From an uncultured Acholeplasmataceae bacterium (GTDB lineage Bacteria > Bacillota_I > Bacilli_A > Acholeplasmatales > Acholeplasmataceae), in NCBI GenBank assembly GCA_963543155.1, contig CAUTZH010000003.1, forward strand, positions 13,628 to 77,627: a stretch of DNA of 64,000 nucleotides, in the 5' to 3' direction. A program made the translations under genes and the position numbers. The notes below the pieces were generated by a model. That model saw only the letters and a program-made list of their open reading frames with translations. It did not search any database and was not told where the DNA came from. Positions within the stretch are counted from its first letter, which is position 1. Each line of letters opens with the position of its first letter. Positions 57,182-64,000 of this stretch are shown here, piece after piece.

Positions 57182-58750
57182 ATGACTGATTTAACTAACT
57201 CAAACAAAGAAAACGAACAAAGAACGGAACTACATCGTAAAATTTGGGCTATCGCTGACAAAGTTCGTGGTGCTGTAGATGGTTGGGATTTTAAGCAATA
57301 CATTTTAGGGATTTTATTTTACCGTTTTATTTCAGAAAACCTGACAGAATATTTCAATAGCGCAGAAAGTAAAGATTTTGATTATACAAAAATTACAGAC
57401 GATTTGGCCTTAGAAAATTTCAAACCAGGTACAGTTGAAGAAAAAGGTTTTTTTATCTTACCAAGCCAATTGTTTCAGAATGTCGTTAAAACTGTTCGCA
57501 GCAACGAAAACCTAAACATAGATTTGGCAAACACATTTAAAGCAATTGAAAATAGCGCAATTGGCCATGAGTCTGAAAATGACATTAGAGGTTTATTTGA
57601 AGACATAGACACCACAAGCAACAGATTGGGCGCTACTGTTGCCGAAAGAAACAAAAGGCTTACAGACATTTTAGAAGGGATTGCTGAAATTAACTTCAAA
57701 AGCTTCCAAGATAACGAAATTGATGCTTTTGGCGATGCTTACGAATACTTGATTTCAAACTACGCGAGCAACGCTGGTAAATCTGGTGGCGAGTTTTTCA
57801 CTCCGCAAACTGTTTCTAAACTTTTGGCTAAAATAGTGATGTTGGGGAAAACTAAGATAAACAAAGTATACGACCCGACTTGCGGAAGTGGTAGTTTACT
57901 CTTGCAAATGAAAAAACAGTTTAAAGAACATATTATTGAGGATGGCTTTTTTGGCCAGGAAATTAATATCACTAACTTTAATCTAGCCAGAATGAATATG
58001 TTTTTGCACGACATAAACTACAGTAAATTCTCAATTAAAAGAGGGGATACTCTTTTAAACCCACTTCACAAAGAAGAAAAGCCTTTTGACGCAATTGTTT
58101 CAAATCCACCTTACTCAATTAAATGGATAGGAGATAATGACCCTACTTTGATAAATGACGAAAGATTCGCACCAGCAGGGCGTCTTGCTCCCAAATCAAA
58201 AGCGGACTTTGCGTTTATTATGCACTCGCTGGCTTATCTTTCTAGTAAAGGAAGGGCTGCCATTGTGTGTTTTCCAGGTATTTTTTACCGTAAAGGAGCG
58301 GAGCAAACAATTCGCAAATACCTAGTTGACAACAACTATATAGACTGTATTATTCAACTTCCTGATAACTTATTTTTTGGAACAGGTATACCGACCTGTA
58401 TTTTAGTAATGGCTAAAAATAAAACTGAAAGTAAAATACTTTTTATAGACGCTAGCGCTGAGTTTAAAAAAGAGCCTAATAACAATATTTTAGATGACAA
58501 AAACATAGAAGTAATTTTAAAAGAATTTAAAGAAAGAAAAGAAATTAAGTATTTCTCTAGATATGTTGACATAAAAGAAATTCAAGAAAACCAATATAAT
58601 TTATCGGTTTCTTCATATGTTTCTAAAAAAGACACAAGAGAAAAAGTTGACATCGCTGTTTTAAATAAAGAAATTAAAGAAACTGTCACAAAAATAGATG
58701 CACTTAGAAAATCCATAGATGAAATTGTTAAGGAGTTTGAAGATGAATAA
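57182..58750 (+). CDS. hsdM: Type I restriction-modification methyltransferase subunit
   Basis: 522 aa; HsdM N-terminal domain ('[14 protein letters not shown]'), '[10 protein letters not shown]' (AdoMet) and 'SNPPYS'. Confidence 0.95.
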   Translation: MTDLTNSNKENEQRTELHRKIWAIADKVRGAVDGWDFKQYILGILFYRFISENLTEYFNSAESKDFDYTKITDDLALENFKPGTVEEKGFFILPSQLFQNVVKTVRSNENLNIDLANTFKAIENSAIGHESENDIRGLFEDIDTTSNRLGATVAERNKRLTDILEGIAEINFKSFQDNEIDAFGDAYEYLISNYASNAGKSGGEFFTPQTVSKLLAKIVMLGKTKINKVYDPTCGSGSLLLQMKKQFKEHIIEDGFFGQEINITNFNLARMNMFLHDINYSKFSIKRGDTLLNPLHKEEKPFDAIVSNPPYSIKWIGDNDPTLINDERFAPAGRLAPKSKADFAFIMHSLAYLSSKGRAAIVCFPGIFYRKGAEQTIRKYLVDNNYIDCIIQLPDNLFFGTGIPTCILVMAKNKTESKILFIDASAEFKKEPNNNILDDKNIEVILKEFKERKEIKYFSRYVDIKEIQENQYNLSVSSYVSKKDTREKVDIAVLNKEIKETVTKIDALRKSIDEIVKEFEDE

Positions 58751-59363
58751 GATTGAAGAACTGCTTAAAAATGAAAAAGTTGAATGGAAGAAATTAATTG
58801 AAGTAGCAACTATAGTCAAAGGTGTTCAATTTAATAAAAGTAATATGCAAAATGTAGGAAAATATCCAGTTATAAACGGCGGTATTTTGCCATCTGGTTA
58901 TATTGATATATTTAACTGCAACGAAAACACTATTACTGTTGCACAAGGTGGTTCTGCTGGTTTCGTTAGTTTTTTAGAAAGTAAGTTTTGGTTAGGAGCA
59001 CACGCCTATTCTGTTATTCCAACTCAAGATACTTTAAAAAAATACGGGTATCAGTATAACACATTTAACAGACTAATATTTCACGTCTTAAAAAATAAAC
59101 AATATGACTTGCAACAATCTAAAGTCGGCGTTTCAATACCTAGTATATCCAAAGATTTTCTTGGTAATATTAAAGTGCCTTTAATCGCAAAAAATATTCA
59201 AGAAAAAATTGTGAAAATACTCGACAATTTTACAAATTATGTTGCTGAATTGCAGGCTGAATTGCAGGCTAGAGTCAAACAATACGAGTATTATAGAGAA
59301 TTACTATTAAGCGAAGAATACCTAAACAAATTGGCCGCCGTGCGAGAGAGAGAGAGAGAGTAA
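58743..59363 (+). CDS. hsdS: Type I specificity subunit, N-terminal half (TRD1 + central conserved helix), terminated just after a (GA)8 tract
   Basis: Start at ATG 58743 (AAGGAG 7 nt upstream, ATGA overlap with the hsdM stop). '..[38 protein letters not shown]' is the HsdS conserved-region pattern. Ends '..AAVRERERE*'. Confidence 0.85.
   Translation: MNKIEELLKNEKVEWKKLIEVATIVKGVQFNKSNMQNVGKYPVINGGILPSGYIDIFNCNENTITVAQGGSAGFVSFLESKFWLGAHAYSVIPTQDTLKKYGYQYNTFNRLIFHVLKNKQYDLQQSKVGVSIPSISKDFLGNIKVPLIAKNIQEKIVKILDNFTNYVAELQAELQARVKQYEYYRELLLSEEYLNKLAAVRERERE
59244..59267 (+). repeat. 12-bp tandem duplication (gctgaattgcag x2, encoding AELQ-AELQ) in the hsdS central conserved region
   Basis: Exact direct duplication 59244-59255 / 59256-59267, followed by a partial third 'gct'. 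Confidence 0.95.
59344..59360 (+). repeat. Dinucleotide repeat (GA)8G inside hsdS
   Basis: gagagagagagagagag. The upstream and downstream hsdS reading frames overlap across it. Confidence 0.95.
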
Positions 59364-59364
59364 G

Positions 59365-59904
59365 ATTGAGTTTAAGAGTCTTGGCAGTCTTCTTGAATAT
59401 ATTCAACCGTCTAAATATATTGTTAATTCCACTGAATACAACACAAGTTTTAAAATTCCTGTTTTAACAGCGGGGAAATGCTTCATTTTAGGCTACACAA
59501 ATGAAAGCAATAATATCTATCTTGCAAATTCCGACAATCCAGTTATCATCTTTGACGATTTTACTGCTGCAAACCATTTAGTTGATTTCGACTTTAAAGT
59601 AAAGTCTTCTGCTTTAAAGATATTAAAACCTAAACAAGGTGTTAATTTAAGGTATTGCTATTACTTTATTAACACACTTAATTTAGATACAACAGAACAC
59701 AAACGCATGTGGATTTCAAACTTATCAAAAGTAAAAATGCCTGTTCCTTCTATTGAAATACAAACTAAAATCGTAAAGATTCTAGATAAACTAAACTCTA
59801 TGCAAGCAGAAACTAAAGGGCTACTCCCACAAGAAATCGCTCAACGCCAAAAGCAATATGAATACTACCGTGAAAAGCTGCTGGCTTTTGACACAATGGG
59901 GTAA
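59365..59904 (+). pseudogene. hsdS: hsdS C-terminal half (TRD2 + distal conserved helix), out of frame with the N-terminal half
   Basis: Frame open from 59326-59904 with no upstream start. Reads 'IEFKSLGSLLEYIQPSKYIVN...[47 protein letters not shown]'. One extra GA unit would fuse it to the 58743 ORF, giving ~387 aa. Confidence 0.8.
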
Positions 59905-60575
59905 ACTCTAGCCAGTATCTGCTATTTTTAAAAACTGCGGCGAAAGTCGCTGGTTTAAACCTATTTAGCGTTGAATACAAAACTATTGGCGAAATTGGTG
60001 AACTATACGGCGGAATAACTGGTAAATCTAGAAATGATTTTGTAAACGGCAACGCAAAATTCATCACTTACAACAATATACACGCAAACCCGGCGACTGA
60101 CTTAAATACAACAGAAAAAGTCAAAATACAGCCAGGTGAAAAGCATATGAAGCTAAAATTAGGAGACATTTTGTTTACAGGTTCATCTGGGACACTAGAT
60201 GAGTGTGGACTGTCCTCAGTTATCACCACAACCTCTAGTGAAGATATCTATTTAAACAGTTTTTGTTTTTTTCTTAGATTACATGACCCAAGCATGCTAC
60301 TACCAGATTTTTCTAAACATTTATTTAGATCAGCAACGATGCGCCAAAAAATTATTAAAACAGCAGCTGGTGTTACTAGAAACAATGTTTCTAGAGAATT
60401 GGTCAAAAAAATTCAAATTCCGCTGCCAAGCATCGAAACACAAGAAAAAATTGTAAAAACTCTAGATAAATTTGAAAATTTAATATCTGAAGCAAAAGGT
60501 TTACTGCCAAAAGAAATCACTCAACGTCAAAAACAATTTGAATACTACCGTGAAAAACTTCTATCTTTCAATTAG
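59892..60575 (+). pseudogene. Third, start-less TRD + conserved-helix cassette (orphan half-hsdS)
   Basis: Frame open from 59892: '..VEYKTIGEIGELYGGITGKSRNDFVNGNAKFITYNN...IETQEKIVKTLDKFENLISEAKGLLPKEITQRQKQFEYYREKLLSFN*'. The first ATG/GTG/TTG is at 60147, inside the TRD, and I see no RBS. Confidence 0.7.
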
Positions 60576-60623
60576 TTTAATTTAAAGTTATACGGTCATC
60601 ATTATAAAAAGGAGAGAATTTAT

Positions 60624-63600
60624 ATGCCAGCAGAAAAAGAAGAATTTAAAACTTCAGTAATCGCCGAAATGACCAATGGTATTATTTTAGCTGAATATAA
60701 AAAAGCCGAAAAACTAGATCCCGCTTATCAAACAGAGGCTGAATTAGAAAAACAATTGCTTAAAAATCTTTCTGAACAAGGATATGAAATTCTTGACATA
60801 AATACACCAGATAAACTAAAGCAAAACTTAAAAAAACAAATTGAAACTCTAAACAATGTAGAGTTCAGTGAAGCAGAATGGCAAAGATTTTTACAAGAAT
60901 ACATAGACTCTCCAAACGACGGAATACTTGAAAAAACTAAAAAAATTCAAGAAGACCATATTTATTCTTTTAAGTTTGACGACGGAAACTTAAAAAACAT
61001 TAAGATAATTGACAAAACTAACATTCACAATAATCGCCTGCAAGTTGTCAGCCAGGTTGAAGTTCAAGGGGAATACAAAAACCGCTATGATGTTACAATT
61101 TTAGTAAACGGTTTGCCGCTTGTTCACATAGAACTAAAAAAGAGGGGTGTTAATCTACACGAGGCTTTTAACCAAATTCACAGATACTCAAGAGAAAGTT
61201 TTAACTTAAAAGATTCACTTTACAAATATGTCCAAATTTTTGTAATTTCAAACGGCACTTACACTAAATACTTTGCAAATACCACAGCTACTGATAAAAA
61301 AGCCTATGAGTTTGTCTGCGACTGGTCGGACGCAAAAAATAATAAAATATCTGATTTAGTTGATTTTACTAAAACTTTTTTTGAAAAAAGAGTAATTTTA
61401 GAAATTTTGACCAAATATTGCGTGTTTGATGCAAACAATACTTTACTTGTGATGAGACCTTATCAAATTGCTGCAACTGAACGCATATTGTGGAAAATAA
61501 ATTCAAGCCACGAAAATAAAAAAGCAGGAAAACCAGACGCTGGCGGATATATCTGGCATACTACTGGTTCTGGCAAAACTCTAACTTCTTTTAAAACCGC
61601 CAGACTTGCAACTGAACTTCCTTATATTGACAAAGTTTTTTTTATAGTAGATAGAAAAGACTTAGACTACCAAACAATGAAGGAATATCAAAAATTTAAA
61701 CAAGACAGTGTAAATGGTAGTAAAGACACTAAAGAACTTAAAAAAAATATTGAAAAAAATGATGACAAAATTATCGTTACCACAATTCAAAAACTAAATG
61801 AGTTTATTAAAAAGAACCCAAAACACGAAATTTACACAAAAGAATGCGTACTAATTTTTGATGAGTGTCACCGCTCACAATTCGGCGAGGCTCAAAAAAA
61901 TATACAAAAATCCTTTAAGAAACATTATCAGTTTGGTTTCACCGGCACACCTATTTTTGCAGAAAACTCTCTGTATGGCAACACTACTCAAGATGTTTTT
62001 GGAACACAACTTCACAGCTATGTAATAACTGATGCGATACGCGACCAAAAAGTTTTGAAATTCAAAGTTGATTACAACAATATTGTTCCTAAATTTAAGT
62101 CAGCAGAAACAGAAAAAGATGATATTAAGCTAAAAGAGTTGGAAAACAAAATGTTTTTACATCCTGAGCGCATTCACGAAATTTCTAAACACATTTTTAA
62201 GGTATTTAACACAAAAACTAAGCGTAATGAATATCTTAGTTTAGCAGAAAAAAGAAAAAACGGATTTAACGCAATGTTTGCGGTTCAAAGTATTGAAGCT
62301 GCTAAATTATACTACCAAGAACTAAAAAAACTACAAGACCAATCTCCCGACGAAAAAAGACTAAAAATAGCTACAATTTTTAGTTTCAATCCTAATGAAG
62401 AATCTAAAATAATTGGCGAAATTCCTGAGGAAAGTGCAACAATTTCTGCTTTGAACTCTACAAGCAAAGAATTTTTAAGTGAAATAATTTCTGAATATAA
62501 CCGCGACTTTAAGGTGAATTTTTCATTAAATGACAACGATTTTCAAAATTATTACAAAGACCTTTCAAAAAAAGTTAAAGAAAGCGAAGTAGACTTACTA
62601 ATAGTGGTTGGAATGTTTTTAACTGGTTTTGATGCACCAAGATTAAATACGCTTTTTGTTGACAAAAATCTAAGATATCACGGTCTTATTCAGGCGTTTT
62701 CTAGAACAAACCGAATTTTAAATGAACTAAAAACTTTCGGTAATATTGTGTGTTTTAGAGACCTTGAAAACGCGACTAAAGACGCAATCAAGGTTTTTGG
62801 TGATGAAAACAGCACAAAAATTATTTTAGAAAAAAGTTTTAACGACTATATAGATGGTTTTAAAGACAGTGAAAGCGGAAAGATAAAAAAAGGATATAGA
62901 GATACTTGCGAGGAAATTTTAACTAAATTTCCCGAACCAACTGAAATCGCTTTAGAAGTTGACAAAAAAGAATTCGTTCGTCTTTTTACTGAACTAATTA
63001 AATTAGAAAACATCCTTAAAAATTTTGATGAGTTTGGTAATTTTGAAAAAATTATTACAGATAGGCAGATGCAAAATATGAAAAGTGTCTATGTTGAGAT
63101 TAGAGAAGAATATTTAAAAGCTCAAAAAAATGAAATTAACCAGACTAATCAAATTGATTACTCTGATATTGAGTTTCAAATTGCTTTACTTAAGTCAGAA
63201 GAAATTAACCTGGATTATATATTAAATTTAATATTTGAAAAAACAAAAGAAAGTAAAAATTTAGTCGACATTAAAGCAGAAGTTATCAGACTAATTAAAT
63301 CTACAATAAGCTACAGAGCAAAAGAAATTCTAATCTTAAATTTTATAGATACTGCTAACTTCTTAGATTTTAAAGACAAAGACGACATCATAAAGTCTTT
63401 TTACAATTTCGCAAGAAATGAAAAAGAAATGGAAATAAATACATTGATAAGCGAAGAAAATCTAAAAGAAGGCGCAAAATACGCTATCGAAAAGGCTATT
63501 CAAGATGGTTGTTTTGAACGTGCTGGTGATACACTTGACCGAATAATTCCAAATGTTTCTCGCTTAGATGGCCAAAGAGAAAAATTCAAAAATAAAATAC

Positions 63601-63644
63601 TACATGAAATTAACAGAATTGCAGAAATTTACAACGGAATTTAA
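60624..63644 (+). CDS. hsdR: Type I restriction endonuclease/translocase subunit
   Basis: 1006 aa; 'TTGSGKTLT', 'FDECHRSQ' (DEAD/H box), 'FTGTPIF', 'VGMFLTGFDAPRLNTLFVDKNL'. Confidence 0.95.
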   Translation: MPAEKEEFKTSVIAEMTNGIILAEYKKAEKLDPAYQTEAELEKQLLKNLSEQGYEILDINTPDKLKQNLKKQIETLNNVEFSEAEWQRFLQEYIDSPNDGILEKTKKIQEDHIYSFKFDDGNLKNIKIIDKTNIHNNRLQVVSQVEVQGEYKNRYDVTILVNGLPLVHIELKKRGVNLHEAFNQIHRYSRESFNLKDSLYKYVQIFVISNGTYTKYFANTTATDKKAYEFVCDWSDAKNNKISDLVDFTKTFFEKRVILEILTKYCVFDANNTLLVMRPYQIAATERILWKINSSHENKKAGKPDAGGYIWHTTGSGKTLTSFKTARLATELPYIDKVFFIVDRKDLDYQTMKEYQKFKQDSVNGSKDTKELKKNIEKNDDKIIVTTIQKLNEFIKKNPKHEIYTKECVLIFDECHRSQFGEAQKNIQKSFKKHYQFGFTGTPIFAENSLYGNTTQDVFGTQLHSYVITDAIRDQKVLKFKVDYNNIVPKFKSAETEKDDIKLKELENKMFLHPERIHEISKHIFKVFNTKTKRNEYLSLAEKRKNGFNAMFAVQSIEAAKLYYQELKKLQDQSPDEKRLKIATIFSFNPNEESKIIGEIPEESATISALNSTSKEFLSEIISEYNRDFKVNFSLNDNDFQNYYKDLSKKVKESEVDLLIVVGMFLTGFDAPRLNTLFVDKNLRYHGLIQAFSRTNRILNELKTFGNIVCFRDLENATKDAIKVFGDENSTKIILEKSFNDYIDGFKDSESGKIKKGYRDTCEEILTKFPEPTEIALEVDKKEFVRLFTELIKLENILKNFDEFGNFEKIITDRQMQNMKSVYVEIREEYLKAQKNEINQTNQIDYSDIEFQIALLKSEEINLDYILNLIFEKTKESKNLVDIKAEVIRLIKSTISYRAKEILILNFIDTANFLDFKDKDDIIKSFYNFARNEKEMEINTLISEENLKEGAKYAIEKAIQDGCFERAGDTLDRIIPNVSRLDGQREKFKNKILHEINRIAEIYNGI

Positions 63645-63679
63645 TTTTATTTTTAAATTCAGCACAATTTAAAAAAAGT

Positions 63680-64000
63680 AGGTGAACATATGATAGATCT
63701 TGAAATTAAAAAAATTATTGAAAAAGAAATGTTGCGTCAAAAAGACGGACTTGAACTAATTGCTTCAGAAAACTACGTTTCTAAAGATGTACTTAGTGCA
63801 GTTGGTTCTATTTTGACTAATAAATACGCAGAAGGATATCCTTCTGCTCGCTACTATGGTGGTTGTGAGTTTGTTGACGAAATTGAGGCACAAGCGATTG
63901 AACGCGCAAAAAAACTGTTTAATTGTAAGTTTGCCAATGTTCAACCACACTCTGGTAGCCAAGCAAACGCAGGTGTATATCTTGCTCTTTTAAAACCAGG
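63680..64000 (+). CDS. glyA: Serine hydroxymethyltransferase, N-terminal part (runs off the right edge)
   Basis: Own translation from ATG 63680: [66 protein letters not shown]... Confidence 0.95.

Noticed and set aside
58743-60575. Invertible hsdS shufflon (Mycoplasma pulmonis or Bacteroides style)
   Set aside because: All three TRD units lie in the same orientation. There are no inverted conserved repeats and no recombinase or integrase gene in the window. Only slippage or direct-repeat recombination can be argued.
1-64000. Mycoplasma/Spiroplasma code 4 (TGA = Trp), considered because the gene content looks mollicute-like
   Set aside because: Long conserved genes (secA, hsdR, pgm, thiI and others) are intact under the standard code, and an RF2 gene is present.

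Overview
AT-rich (about one-third G+C by eye) bacterial chromosome segment read with the standard code: long ORFs are intact with TGA as stop, and an RF2 gene is present. Gene content is Firmicutes/Tenericutes-like: Prp-processed L27, CdaA, RNase J family, long-form HPF, YitT, several lipobox lipoproteins, and no cell-wall genes in view. An Acholeplasma-like mollicute is plausible, but that is inference only. About 50 genes are present. Those up to ~55.0 kb lie mostly on the minus strand; from 55.2 kb they are on the plus strand. Housekeeping blocks are: glnS(partial)-tsaD-rimI-tsaB-tsaE; a 5-FCL/IspD/IspF fusion; the cdaA operon; thiI/trmH-family; tatD; pepP-pgm-coaX-queA; obg-rpmA-prp-rplU; recX; prfB-secA; two ABC exporters; fba; ldh; secG; rsmE; hpf; glyA(partial). 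Accessory or unusual content: (1) a three-gene JetA/JetB/JetC-like (MksF/E/B-like) SMC operon at 37.7-43.1 kb, with no JetD nuclease gene, next to tRNA-Arg(CCU); this is my best candidate for an unusual system. (2) A type I R-M locus (57.2-63.6 kb) whose hsdS is split by a (GA)8 tract, carries a 12-bp duplication in the central conserved region, and is followed by a third start-less TRD cassette. (3) An RNase J paralog with every catalytic metal ligand replaced and only ATT codons available as a start. (4) A 2.2-kb AT-rich islet (14.5-16.7 kb) with an AlbA_2/Schlafen-like regulator gene, a 7 x 12-bp tandem array abutting its promoter, ~31-bp inverted repeats and duplicated terminator hairpins. 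(5) A surface/structural gene cluster (22.3-33.0 kb): LRR lipoprotein, 968-aa coiled-coil protein, and a ~1760-aa repeat adhesin with homopolymer tracts. All family assignments come from reading motifs by eye; no searches were run.
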